Positions 8,745 through 19,674 of a DNA stretch of 64,000 bases are shown here, piece by piece; the first letter of the stretch is position 1; every line of letters starts with the position of its first letter. The notes under the pieces were generated by a model. It was given only the letters and a program-made list of their open reading frames with translations. It was not told the origin of the DNA and did no database searches. The translations under genes and the position numbers were made by a program. This DNA is from Candidatus Poribacteria bacterium. GTDB taxonomy: Bacteria; Poribacteria; WGA-4E; WGA-3G. The DNA is taken from the NCBI GenBank assembly GCA_965198235.1, contig OZ240248.1:2400001-2464000 (forward strand), in the 5' to 3' direction.

Positions 8745-10691
8745 AGAACGCCCTATTCAACACTTTATCTTCCGCACCAACCTCAAAATCCGCGTCCTCT
8801 ATTTCCGATAGGTTGACATAGAGTTGGTTCTTATCCAGCAGTTCTGCCAGTAGGTGTCTCTGTTTTTCAAGGTCGCCGATGGCGATGAAATCTTCTATTG
8901 CTTCTTCTGGGACTTCAGGGTTGGCGTACCAGTTCAGGAATGCGTTTTCGGCGATGTCTCGCCAGAGTGCTACAAGTGCTTCGGAGGAGTGTGCAGATTG
9001 GATTTTGTCCATATAGGCTTGGTTGTATGGCATCAGTTCGCAATAGATGAAATCATCTTTATTGCTCTGTTCAATCACTTTCCTGACGCGTTCTCTTGTC
9101 ACAGTCTCAACATAGTGCATTTGTTCACAAATGATAAATTTTCGATTTCCACCATCTTTATTTAGTTCCAACACGGCGTGAGCGGTGGTACCACTTCCGC
9201 CGAAAAAGTCTAAAATAATCGCCTCTTTGTCATCTTCTATCACCGAACGCAGACAGTCATAAACATTCCAAAGTGACTTTGGAAAATCGAATTCACAGTC
9301 AGGAACGAGTGATTTAACAAGTTGTGTTCCGTAAATATTAGCATCGTACCTTTTATTTTCCCAAACGGTGCGATACATCCCGAAATCCTTTCCTAACTCT
9401 ATTTCATAACCTTTTTCTGTTTTCCGTGCTCGTAGTAAATGTATAATCTGATCTACGCTCTGTCGCGCATATCTCCATTTACGCTCAACCCCATTTCTAT
9501 CAATTGGGTACACATAACTGCTTTTTTCATGATGGACTGTTTGGGCTGTAGGGTGCTTATCATCATTAAGGACCTCTCCAAACCCGACAATTTTATCATC
9601 TTCCACAATAACAGGATAAAAACAATTCTTTGCATCTTCGCGTCTCGATTCCCCACCCCAGTTTCTGAAATTATTCCAAGTAATTTCTTCAGGAGGGATC
9701 TCCCTATCACCAATTACTTTTTTACCTTGTGGAATAAGAAAAAATGCGTACTCGTGAATATATGAAAAATTTGTTCCTTGGACACCGCGTGGATTGTGAA
9801 CTATAGTAATACAATGTTTTTCACGTTCCGGAAATACCTCATCTAATAAGACCCCAAGATAATTCTGCTCGTTTTCATCAATTGCAACAATCATACTGCC
9901 ATCGTTTCTCAATAACTCTTTAGCGACCTCTAATCTGTTCCTCATAAAAGTTAGCCACGACGAACGCTTGAAATTATTGTTATACATAAAAGTATTCGAT
10001 GGACTATCTGGATTATATGGCGGGTCGATATAAATCAATTTGACCTGTCCACGGAATTGCTGTTTGAGGGTGTGGAGCGCGATGAGGTTGTTACCTTTGA
10101 TGATGAGGTTTTCGCGAATAACCCCGTTCTCGTCCCGCTTAAGTTCGCCAACCTGATTTTCAATATGCTTATCATGAATTACCCCCCCGATTTTGCTGGT
10201 GTTCGCCTTCGGTAGTGTGGCGCTTATAGTTGGTGAGGACCTTTGGATCGAACATGCGGTTGATTTCGTCTTGGGCAAGGATCTCGTTGAAGAAAATCTC
10301 TTTTCGCTTCTCCTCTTCCTTCGTCTGCCCGCCCTCCAAGACGCAATCTTTGTAGGGCCAAACGAGTGAGACTTCGCCGCGCTCACGGAGGAATTTGCCG
10401 CCGATGTTCAAGCCGATTTTGTTGCGGAATTGGGTGTAGGAGTTGGCGAGGAAGTTTTTATCGGTGATGTAGTTAATGAAGGTGTTGTGGTTGAAAATCC
10501 AATGCCCGTCTATCTCGTCAAAGAAGGTTGTCTTTATTTCTTCGTCGGTGAGTAATAGTTTGATGAGGTCGTGGTTGAGTTGCCATGCGTGGTCTCTGAC
10601 GGCGGCGGATAAGTTCGCCTGCGTCGTCAAGGAAGTCGGAATGGGTTTTGAGCAGTGCGGTCAGTTTTTCGTTGAAATTTTCTTTTGGCAT
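8734..10691 (-). pseudogene. mod: Type III R-M Mod (adenine methyltransferase), two frameshifts
   Basis: NLIIKGNNL, IYIDPPYN, FPKS, LDFFGGSGTT. The N-terminus MPKENFNEKL... from ATG 10691 shifts frame near 10607 and again at the G7 tract (10182-10188). Confidence 0.8.
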
Positions 10692-10940
10692 AGAGGATGG
10701 TAACCTTCATTTCATTTAGTGTAGCAGTGGCTTGAGGATAGAGTTTTCCTATCAATATAACTTACTTTAAGTTTACCATGTATCGAGTGGAAAGTCAAGG
10801 CGAATGTTTAGTTTTGAGGAGCGATTTAGCGACAAATGAGGGTCGTGACTGAAAGTCGATCCTACAAAGAGACGGTCAGCGATCAGCCGTCAGAAAGAGT
10901 CGGGATTCGGAGATCCCTCCGACAAGAAGGGAGAATTATA

Positions 10941-12479
10941 TCAAGGGACTGGCATTAGATAGAGATAGAAACCTTCGTCATCAACGATTGAACCTATAAA
11001 TTCGGTGAGGAGATTCAGGTTATGCTGTGAAATCAGTTCCGGGTCTAAAGCGCGGTTCATAATAATGAGAATATCCTGGGATGTCTGGTTCCGCAGGGTG
11101 TTTGCCTCCTCAATGACTTGGATGTCCGGGATGTCGACATCATGCATACGGATGTCGTCCCATTTGACAAAGGAACCGTATCGATTGCCGTGTACATAAT
11201 AAATCTGATCTTTTTGGAGGTATCCGACAATGGTGCTGGCGGCGTAATCTATCTCGCCGACCATCTGCATATCTTGCATGTCGTTCACTTGGATATATTC
11301 AGCCACCTGTTTCCCGTAAGAGAAGACGTGTCGGTGCTCCAGGACAATGGCGGTTATACCTCCGATGAAATGACAGATAAAGATGAAGGTAAAAAACGGG
11401 GCAAACAACCGTTGCGGTAATTCGTTAAGAACTTTGAATCGAAGGTCTATCTCAGGGGAGTCTTTATGAATCCAACCGGTCATCAGGAGTGTAATAAACA
11501 AAAATCCGTGGTGCCGCATGCTACCGTAATACTTGATATAAAAAAAAGACAAAAGTCCAAACATCGCCACGAGATATATGAGGAGTGCTGTCGGGTGCTT
11601 GAGTAATAACAGCACACTGCAAAGCATCAGAAGACAGCAGAACGGGATTTGAATGGATTGAAAGAGGGCGTACGTTTCTAATTGGTGCTTGTTCCAAAAA
11701 TTGAGTGAGAACTCGGGAATAGGGAGAAATGCACGAGAAATGAGTTGGATAACCTCGCTGAACTGTTCCGATTCATAGGCAAACTTCCATTCAACAGCAA
11801 AACCTGTATCTGGTGGAGGATTGAGCTGCAAAACCGATGTCGTGATACCGATTCCAATAAGGATGAACCCGATCCAGACGGCTCGTTTATCTTCTGTAGT
11901 CTCGCCTTCTTGGATAAAGGGGTTTAGACGACAACGGTGACAAACGTATTCGCAGCAAAGTGCGACTCCTACTGCTATCGTGAGAATTAAGGCATGGGCA
12001 CTCGTATGTGCAAGAAGGAATAGCACACAACCCACCCAAACAAAGCGTTTGTAACGCTCCTTGAAAAGGATGCAGAGGACGATGATAAGCAGAAGTCCGA
12101 GCGCATAGTTTCTCGCAAGAATAGTATATTCATAGAGAACGAAGTAGCCGAAACAGAAAAGAAATTTCTGGAGAAGGTTGAAAGGCGCGTAGCGAACGAA
12201 GAGATAAATGGTAACCCCTGCAATCAGGAGGTGAAACACCAGCATAATGACAGGAGAGTGCGTAATGCGCGTGAGTGGCATGAGACACAGATGCCACAAG
12301 CCCGGATGTCCCTCATATTTAAGATGCGCGAAAAGCTCGAAGACTGAGCCACTGTCACGGGCGATCAGCCATGCCTGAATCTCGTCGCGCCACATTTCAT
12401 GATGGCTGGCGGTAAACGCGCTTACCCCAAGGAAAAGAAGTGCCAACCCCAAGGCGTAGTGTTTATCCTTTTTGTGCAT
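10941..12479 (-). CDS. Polytopic membrane protein, GT-C glycosyltransferase-like
   Basis: HEMWRDEIQAW...YEGHPGLW after TM1, many TM helices. Confidence 0.6.
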   Translation of the reverse strand: MHKKDKHYALGLALLFLGVSAFTASHHEMWRDEIQAWLIARDSGSVFELFAHLKYEGHPGLWHLCLMPLTRITHSPVIMLVFHLLIAGVTIYLFVRYAPFNLLQKFLFCFGYFVLYEYTILARNYALGLLLIIVLCILFKERYKRFVWVGCVLFLLAHTSAHALILTIAVGVALCCEYVCHRCRLNPFIQEGETTEDKRAVWIGFILIGIGITTSVLQLNPPPDTGFAVEWKFAYESEQFSEVIQLISRAFLPIPEFSLNFWNKHQLETYALFQSIQIPFCCLLMLCSVLLLLKHPTALLIYLVAMFGLLSFFYIKYYGSMRHHGFLFITLLMTGWIHKDSPEIDLRFKVLNELPQRLFAPFFTFIFICHFIGGITAIVLEHRHVFSYGKQVAEYIQVNDMQDMQMVGEIDYAASTIVGYLQKDQIYYVHGNRYGSFVKWDDIRMHDVDIPDIQVIEEANTLRNQTSQDILIIMNRALDPELISQHNLNLLTEFIGSIVDDEGFYLYLMPVP

Positions 12480-12507
12480 CGGTTATCACCACTAATTGAC
12501 TATAGTT

Positions 12508-13581
12508 TTATTGGATCGTTAGACTTGAAATCGGCAGCCATAAGCCACCCGTATTCTTTGCGATGAACTTCTGAAACGGTTCATCGCGTCCGATAACATC
12601 TACCTTGATTTTAGCAGTTTTCATCTTCACCATCACGTCTATAGAAGAGTACGCACCGCTTACATATTCGTCTGTGACGAATATGAAATGGACCTCAGCG
12701 TCTTGTCGGAACGTAACCTCATCGGCGGCTCGGATGAGTGCGTCCAGACCGTTCTCGTCTCCGCGGAATTTCAACTGTGCCAGCACCTTCTTAATTTGAG
12801 ACACGGAACGCGTTTGGGGGATTACCTCAAAGTCCAAACCGAGTAGACCGTATCCCGTTCCGGTTCGGAAGGTAACGATGCCGATAGTGAAGTCCATATT
12901 TGCGCTGTCGAAGAGATCCGTCATAGCACTGAGGTGTTCGCGCACTGCGGCAACATCGTTTTTCATACTCCCGCTGCCGTCAATAACAAAGACGATATCA
13001 ACGAGGTCAGAGCCACGGTTTGCGACAATATGCCGTCCTACCTTGGTTAGTGCCAGATCGGGAAGCGTTAGTCCTCCAATGTCGGAAGTGGGTTGCGCAT
13101 TCGTTCCCCCTAAAAAGCCGCGGGTAGCACCAGCTTTGCCGTTCCCTGATATACGTGAACCCACTCCACTTCCTGCACCACTGCTGCCTAATCCTGATAC
13201 AGGTTTCGCCCTTAACCCCTCTCCGTAGGTACGCTCTTCTGAAAGGGAGGAAAGATCGGGTGTTTGTAATTCAACGGTGGTGTCTTGATGCGATACGGGT
13301 GCCGCTGATGTCTGAAGCGCGGGAGGTTGCACCTCGACTGTCTCCATCTGTTGCATATTTTCAGGGACTGTGGAGGGTTGTAGAGGCAGGTGGCGAAGCC
13401 TTTTCAATGGACGCACGGAACTCCGCAATCGAATTTTGATGATGTCAAACTCCGTGACGGGTTTGGGCTGCCAATCGAGTCTTTGTCGATATAAGGTCCC
13501 AAGTAGCGTCATCAGGAGAATATGAAGCCCGATGGAAATGAGAAGGGCATTTGGAATGTTTTTCTTAAAGAGGACCTTCAT
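12508..13581 (-). CDS. Membrane-anchored VWA domain protein
   Basis: N-terminal SIGLH anchor, Gly-rich linker, DIVFVIDGSGSM MIDAS motif. Confidence 0.75.
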   Translation of the reverse strand: MKVLFKKNIPNALLISIGLHILLMTLLGTLYRQRLDWQPKPVTEFDIIKIRLRSSVRPLKRLRHLPLQPSTVPENMQQMETVEVQPPALQTSAAPVSHQDTTVELQTPDLSSLSEERTYGEGLRAKPVSGLGSSGAGSGVGSRISGNGKAGATRGFLGGTNAQPTSDIGGLTLPDLALTKVGRHIVANRGSDLVDIVFVIDGSGSMKNDVAAVREHLSAMTDLFDSANMDFTIGIVTFRTGTGYGLLGLDFEVIPQTRSVSQIKKVLAQLKFRGDENGLDALIRAADEVTFRQDAEVHFIFVTDEYVSGAYSSIDVMVKMKTAKIKVDVIGRDEPFQKFIAKNTGGLWLPISSLTIQ

Positions 13582-13867
13582 TTTCGATTTTACCTGCCTT
13601 GATGATGTGTTCAGGTACTGTCTGCAAGTCCAAAAATTATTATAGCACTGTCTATACAGTTATTTCAAGCAAAGAAAAAATTACCGGAATTCGTGGGGAT
13701 TTTATAATATACTTGAGAAAAAAGGTTCTCTTTCGGTACAGGCATACTCCTATTTATGAGATAGGCGCTACTCAATTCTCCGTGTCCATCTCCTGAGTGC
13801 GGTTTACCCCGTGAAGTTGATAGAAAATCTATAACTGGGATGGCTCTGGTCGATTATGAGAAAAAAG

Positions 13868-13896
13868 TTGACGGAAATGTTAAAATTTGGTATCAT
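13868..13896 (+). promoter_or_regulatory. sigma70-type promoter
   Basis: TTGACG - 17 nt - TATCAT. Confidence 0.5.
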
Positions 13897-14001
13897 ATAA
13901 ACGCTGATAAGGAGAGAGTTTCGGTTTATCCAGCAACCGAGTCGGTTTTTAAAAAACGCAATGTTTTGCTACGATTATCCGCGTCCTGAAATTCTACTAC
14001 T

Positions 14002-14067
14002 AAAACACCGAAACTCGCGTTTGACCATGCTGAAATAATCCGAAAGGCACTGAAAAAACTAAGATGA
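14002..14067 (+). pseudogene. 3' remnant of a NUDIX hydrolase gene
   Basis: Reads KTPKLAFDHAEIIRKALKKLR*; LAFDH is a typical NUDIX C-terminus; the stop overlaps the next ATG (ATGA). Confidence 0.5.
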
Positions 14068-14396
14068 AACACTACGGCTTAACGCTGAATCTCAAAAACG
14101 ATCCGTCTGTTATTGAAACGTATAAAGCGTACCACCGAGAGGCATGGCCCGAAGTGATTGATGCGCTAAAATCAGTTGGCATCACGAAAATGAATATCTA
14201 CCTGCTGGGATGCCGTCTGTTTATGGCAATGGAAACGATTGATACCTTTGATATAGGGCGCGATTTTCCGCGCTATCTCGAAGAGAACCCGAAATGCAAA
14301 GCTTGGGATGAGTTGATGAGAACCTTCCAAGAACCAGTAGCGGAGGCACAGCCAGACGAATGGTGGGCACATATGGAGCCTGTCTTTGAATTATAA
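14064..14396 (+). CDS. L-rhamnose mutarotase family protein
   Basis: YKAYHREAWPEV...GITKMNIY...W...MEPVFEL. Confidence 0.85.
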   Translation: MKHYGLTLNLKNDPSVIETYKAYHREAWPEVIDALKSVGITKMNIYLLGCRLFMAMETIDTFDIGRDFPRYLEENPKCKAWDELMRTFQEPVAEAQPDEWWAHMEPVFEL

Positions 14397-15255
14397 CGCG
14401 AAAATGAATATATCCTCTCCAATGCCTACGACTTTTCTGTCGGTCGGTCATTTCTGTTATGATGTCTCGCCAAATGGTTATATCCTTGGTGGATCTGCTT
14501 CGTACTCAACACTAATTGCGCGAAACCTCGGGCACTATGCTCGAGCAGTTACGGCTGTTGGCTCGAACTTTGATCGGGAGAATCCACTTTTGGAAGGTAT
14601 CAAGACAGTCTATCATGAATCTTCTGAGACAACAATCTTTGATAACCAATATGACGCAAAGGGACATAGGCAGCAATTTATCCTTGGGAGTGCACAACAA
14701 TTAAAGGGACGCGATATTCCTGTCGAGTGGCGTACGAGTGATATAGCCTACTTGTGTCCGATTGCAAATGAGGTTTCCGCTGAAGTCGTTCACTGTTTTA
14801 GTGATGAAACGTTAATAGGTGCTACACCGCAAGGCTGGCTCCGACAGTGGGATGCCAGCGGTAGGGTTGAGGCAAAGCGGTGGGGGACAGCGAAGGACAT
14901 CTTGCCTCATATTGACGTATTAATTCTGAGTGATGAGGATCTTCGTAGTTATCCGGATGAACTCGAAAAATATATCGGATTAACCTCGATTGTTGTCCTG
15001 ACACAGGGCGCGCAGGGTGCAACCCTTTTTCAAGATGGGACGCAACTTGAATCCGCTGCCTATTCCGTTACAGAGGTAGACCCGACGGGTGCTGGTGATG
15101 TTTTCGCGACCGCCTTTTTGATTAACTATTATCAAAGCCGTTCTGTCAAGGAGGCACTGAACTTCGCACATTGTGTCGCATCTTTCGCTGTAGAAGGGGT
15201 TGGCACCTCTTGCATACCGAAACTCGCACAGGTCATGTCGAGGTTACAGACGTAG
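14386..15255 (+). CDS. PfkB family carbohydrate kinase
   Basis: GGSASY, DPTGAGDVFA signature. Confidence 0.85.
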   Translation: MNYNAKMNISSPMPTTFLSVGHFCYDVSPNGYILGGSASYSTLIARNLGHYARAVTAVGSNFDRENPLLEGIKTVYHESSETTIFDNQYDAKGHRQQFILGSAQQLKGRDIPVEWRTSDIAYLCPIANEVSAEVVHCFSDETLIGATPQGWLRQWDASGRVEAKRWGTAKDILPHIDVLILSDEDLRSYPDELEKYIGLTSIVVLTQGAQGATLFQDGTQLESAAYSVTEVDPTGAGDVFATAFLINYYQSRSVKEALNFAHCVASFAVEGVGTSCIPKLAQVMSRLQT

Positions 15256-15362
15256 TTCGCGAAAGTTAGGATGTCGTAATTTGTAGGTTAACCTGCAGAA
15301 AAGGCATCAAGATTCAGAGGTCGCTTTTACAAAAATGAATGCTTTCATGAAAAGAGAAAACT

Positions 15363-16253
15363 ATGGCAATTACCTACGACTTCATTGTATACAGCAGTAA
15401 AACATCGACAACGGGGTGGATTCTCGGGATGAAGGCTGTTCACGGGGAGGTGCCACTGGATATCGTCATACCTGACGAGTATGGGTCATCAGATGCTGAC
15501 GATCCCGAAGTCGTCGGCGTTTTAACGACTGAAGGGTTGGAACGCGGGAGCCCCGATGGATTGGAACTCTACCGGTACCTCCGGCAGTTGAATCCAAAGA
15601 AAAATAACTCATTCGGATACAATGAGGTAGTGATTCGGAATATACATGCCCGTCTCAGTGCCCTGAAGGTTGATGAAGAGATACGGGTGCAAGTTACATA
15701 CAGCGAGCGGAGAGAAACTTATACTCTGTTTTCGTATCATATTAAGTTAATCGGCATTTTTGGAGGCACAGATGCCGCCGCGCCGGTTAACCAATCGGAT
15801 GAAATTGCCGCGCCATTTTCACCAGAAAAGAGCCTGCCGCTTCAGGAGCAAAAAAATCTTAGTAATCCAGGACAGCCGGTTTATAAAACAACGAATACCT
15901 TAGAAAAATTAATCAGTTTTACGCAAAATCTCCAAAAAGAGTTGACGCAGACACGCAGGGAACTCGCTGACACGGCTGATAGAGTTCGGCAACTCGAAGA
16001 TGAACGACAGCTGGTTGAAGACGAACGGCGGAGGTTCAGCGAAATGCAGAACCTGATTGAAGACATTCTCGACCGACTCAGCCGCTTGGAGATTTTCGAT
16101 TCACGAATTCAGGACCTTGAGGAGGACCGGCACCAACTCCAATATCTTCAGCAAACCTTGCGGAAATTTCTCTCAGTGTTACACCAGCAGACCCGGATAT
16201 CCCTTCAAGAATACGTTGATAAGACAGAAGACGAGTTGGACGAACGCACTTGA
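15363..16253 (+). CDS. Hypothetical protein with C-terminal coiled coil
   Basis: Long ORF; heptad-rich C-terminal third. Confidence 0.6.
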   Translation: MAITYDFIVYSSKTSTTGWILGMKAVHGEVPLDIVIPDEYGSSDADDPEVVGVLTTEGLERGSPDGLELYRYLRQLNPKKNNSFGYNEVVIRNIHARLSALKVDEEIRVQVTYSERRETYTLFSYHIKLIGIFGGTDAAAPVNQSDEIAAPFSPEKSLPLQEQKNLSNPGQPVYKTTNTLEKLISFTQNLQKELTQTRRELADTADRVRQLEDERQLVEDERRRFSEMQNLIEDILDRLSRLEIFDSRIQDLEEDRHQLQYLQQTLRKFLSVLHQQTRISLQEYVDKTEDELDERT

Positions 16254-16294
16254 AAGTGCCCCCGCCATTAGGACAAAAAAAGGAGAGCACCGTT

Positions 16295-17095
16295 ATGATA
16301 AAATTAGGGACTATGTCTCTGAATGTGAGAAATACTACTGCTGCTGCTTTCGCACAAATCGTGTACGATCTCGGTTTTGATGTTATTGAGTTACATTCAA
16401 GCGCGTTTGAATCCACCGATGCAGACTATCTACGAGACTTGAAGAAAGATCTTGCGCGGAAAGGATTACCGTTAGGTTATATCGGGGTTAGCAACAACTT
16501 TGGTCGTCCTGTTGCCGAACATCCGGAACAAGTTGCGCTAATCAAGCAGTGGATTGACGTTGCCGCTTTTATGAGTTGCCCGCTTGTCCGGGTCTTCGCC
16601 GCCTATGTTCCTGAGGACTGCGATGATGAAGAGACTTTATGGCCACCGATGATTGAAGCCTTCAAGGAGGTTGCTGAATACGGCTATGAATCAGGAATCC
16701 TCGTCGGGTTACAGAATCACAACCACAACAACGTTACACGCGATGGTGCTGCTGTTTTACGCGCTCTGAATGAAACGGGTCATCCCTATTTCACACATAT
16801 CTTAGACACTGGACAATATGCAGGATCCCCCGGTGCGAGTGGACACCGAGGCTCCTCACATCCGGGCTACGACTGCTATGCAAGTATTGAGCAGACAGCA
16901 CCGCACGCCGTCTATGTCCGTACGAAGTTTTATCAGATCGATAGCGGTGTGGAGGAATGGTTGGATTACCCTCGCGTTTTAGATATTTTACGAGGGGTTG
17001 ACTATAACGGATGCCTTTCGGTTGTCTATGAAGGTGAATCAGATCCGGTTGACTCCATGCGAAAGGCGAGAAGTTATCTGGATTCCTTATTGTAA
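16295..17095 (+). CDS. Sugar phosphate isomerase/epimerase (TIM barrel)
   Basis: GFDVIEL, VRVF, LQNHN, LDTGQ, SVVYEG; RBS AGGAG before ATG 16295. Confidence 0.8.
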   Translation: MIKLGTMSLNVRNTTAAAFAQIVYDLGFDVIELHSSAFESTDADYLRDLKKDLARKGLPLGYIGVSNNFGRPVAEHPEQVALIKQWIDVAAFMSCPLVRVFAAYVPEDCDDEETLWPPMIEAFKEVAEYGYESGILVGLQNHNHNNVTRDGAAVLRALNETGHPYFTHILDTGQYAGSPGASGHRGSSHPGYDCYASIEQTAPHAVYVRTKFYQIDSGVEEWLDYPRVLDILRGVDYNGCLSVVYEGESDPVDSMRKARSYLDSLL

Positions 17096-17124
17096 GCGTA
17101 CTGCACTGTAGAGGGAGCGAAGAC

Positions 17125-18228
17125 ATGAAAACGCGTGCTGCTGTTATGTATGAACATAACCAACCTGTCGTTGTTGAGGAACTTGAATTAGATGATCCGA
17201 AGGAAAACGAGGTTCTCGTTCGCACCGCGGCGAGTGGTGTCTGTCATTCCGATCTATCCGTGGTGACCGGGACGATTTACTACGACGCGGCTGTCGCACT
17301 CGGACACGAGGGGGCTGGCGTGATTGAGCACGTTGGTAGGGATGTAACCGGTTTTCAGCCCGGTGATCCTGTAATTTTGTCTTTTGTGAGTTATTGTGGC
17401 AGTTGTCGGATGTGTCAGATGGAACGGGTTTGCCTCTGCCAAACATACGATGTGCCTCGCGGATTCCTATTGGATGGCACTTACCGTCTCCACAACAGCT
17501 CAGGTGATGGGATTCTCCAGATGGCACGGATCGCAACGATGTCGGAATACATGGTTGTTCCACAACAGAATCTCGTCAAAATTGACCCACATTATTCGTT
17601 AGAGAAAGCCGCACTCGTAGGATGTGGCGTGACGACAGGAGTCGGCGCGGTCCTTAACACCGCAAAGGTTGAGCCCGGCAGCACTGTAGCGGTTATCGGG
17701 ACCGGCGGCGTCGGTTTGAACGCCATCCAAGGTGCCGTGCTGGCACAAGCAGAACGGATTATCGCTGTTGATATTGCGGAGAAGAAACTCAGTTTTGCGA
17801 AAAATTTCGGGGCAACGGATGTCGTTAACGCTGCTGAAGGTGATCCGGTTGAAGCTGTTCGCGAGTTAACAGATGGCTTGGGAGTAGATTACGCATTTGA
17901 GGTCATTGGGAATCCGAAAACGATTGTACAGGCATACGATATGGTCCGGCCTGCTGGGAGTGCCGTCATTGTAGGTATGGCACATCATGAATCCGAATTC
18001 AGCATTCCGGCGCAACGCTTCGTCTCAAGTGAGAAAAGGTTAATCGGTTCGTTTTACGGATCCTGCCAACCACGGGTGGATATGCCGAAACTTCTGAATC
18101 TGTATACAGAAGGCAAATTGAAACTGGATGAACTGATTACACGCCACTATCGACTTGAGCAAATTAATGAGGCTTTTGCGGATATGGAAGCGGGAGAAAA
18201 CGCGCGCGGGGTTATTGTTTTCAATTAA
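17125..18228 (+). CDS. Zn-dependent alcohol dehydrogenase
   Basis: GVCHSD, GHEGAG, CGSCRMC, GCGVTTG, GTGGVG. Confidence 0.9.
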   Translation: MKTRAAVMYEHNQPVVVEELELDDPKENEVLVRTAASGVCHSDLSVVTGTIYYDAAVALGHEGAGVIEHVGRDVTGFQPGDPVILSFVSYCGSCRMCQMERVCLCQTYDVPRGFLLDGTYRLHNSSGDGILQMARIATMSEYMVVPQQNLVKIDPHYSLEKAALVGCGVTTGVGAVLNTAKVEPGSTVAVIGTGGVGLNAIQGAVLAQAERIIAVDIAEKKLSFAKNFGATDVVNAAEGDPVEAVRELTDGLGVDYAFEVIGNPKTIVQAYDMVRPAGSAVIVGMAHHESEFSIPAQRFVSSEKRLIGSFYGSCQPRVDMPKLLNLYTEGKLKLDELITRHYRLEQINEAFADMEAGENARGVIVFN

Positions 18229-18418
18229 TCCTGTAGGTTGTGTTGGACATTGCGGTTGGGCGTTGTGGCGGTGACCTGTATGATAGAAATGCGGGTGAGT
18301 CAAATACGGCTCAGAGAAGAAGTCTTAAAAACCGTACAAATCTCCAATCGCGTTGGACTTCATTAGAAACCGTTGTGAAACGAAGTGGAGCAACGCCCAG
18401 GAGCCAATAAATTAAAAA

Positions 18419-19195
18419 ATGAAATCCATACACACAGCGGTTCGAGACCAGTTTAGCCAACATGCCGACTACTACGCGCAGAGTAGCGTACATGCCAAAG
18501 GAAATACGCTAAACGTACTCCTCGACTTTGCAGATCCCAAAGGCACGGAACAGACGTTGGATATTGCGACAGGAACAGGTTTCACGGCGTTTGCCCTCGC
18601 ATCCAAAGTAGCACATGTTGTAGCAACCGACCTAACTCCGGAAATGGTCGAGAAGGCGGTTGAACTTGCACAAGAACAGGCGATAAGGAATATTGCATTT
18701 TCTGTCGCTGCTGCCGAGGCGTTGCCGTTTGCTGATGCCTCGTTGGATTTGGTAACCTGTCGGCTGGCACCCCACCACTTTCAAGATGTCCGGGCATTTT
18801 TAAGCGAGGTCCATCGGGTTTTACGGACAGATGGACTCTTCTGCATGACGGATTCTGTCTCACCGGAATTAGAGAAGCTAATAGCGTGGCAAAACCGCGT
18901 AGAGACACTCCGAGATAACTCGCACGTATACGGCTATCCGCCATCACAATGGGATGCCATGATTACAGGTGCTGGATTTTCTCTTGAAAAGACAGCACAC
19001 GTCCGAAATGCACAGATGTCGTTTCTCTGGTGGGTCCGTCCGGAGAAAAACCCACCGGAGATCGTGCAGGAGATCCGTGATGCGTTTGCGCAACTCTCGC
19101 CTGATGAGGCACGAGAGCACTACACTGTCCGTCCAGAAGGTGATGACTTTTATTTCTCTTGGCCCATGTACATTGTTAAAGCAAAGCGAAGATAG
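18419..19195 (+). CDS. Class I SAM methyltransferase (UbiE/YafE-like)
   Basis: LDIATGTG, LPFADASLDLV, APHHF. Confidence 0.85.
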   Translation: MKSIHTAVRDQFSQHADYYAQSSVHAKGNTLNVLLDFADPKGTEQTLDIATGTGFTAFALASKVAHVVATDLTPEMVEKAVELAQEQAIRNIAFSVAAAEALPFADASLDLVTCRLAPHHFQDVRAFLSEVHRVLRTDGLFCMTDSVSPELEKLIAWQNRVETLRDNSHVYGYPPSQWDAMITGAGFSLEKTAHVRNAQMSFLWWVRPEKNPPEIVQEIRDAFAQLSPDEAREHYTVRPEGDDFYFSWPMYIVKAKRR

Positions 19196-19674
19196 GACGT
19201 TACGTCATCTGAAATTGTTGTTAGATTCACTTCGACACAAAAGCACGTCACTACACTACGTGTAAATGTTCCACGCTCAAGTGGCATGCACCCGTTCCTT
19301 TTCACCTTCCATTAGTTGTAAATTCTGTCCATAATTGCTCAATCTAATTGCTCGATACTACAATTTCGCGTCGCTCTACTACAAATTTTGCGCACTCGCG
19401 ATAGATAGAGTTCGCAAACGAACGCCTGTTACTATAACTTTTTAGAGAAAAGAGAAGGCATTCGCTAATCTCGATAAACCCAGTGTAAGTCTGTATTTTA
19501 AACAGATTACAATTAAAAATATATTTGGAATTTCAACGGTTTTGAGAAAAAATATAACGCTCTCTTGAAGGCAGTGGCACGAAACTTGCTTATAACTTAA
19601 TGTGATCCGGTTTTGTAGTAAAATCACAAAATATATACAAATACTAAAAGTATCAATCACTTAGGAGAAGAACA

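Noticed and set aside
10173-10386. ORF-track N-terminus (MSAAKSHSF...) of the Mod ORF
   Set aside because: Out-of-frame read-through upstream of the G7 frameshift; the real Mod N-terminal sequence is in other frames.
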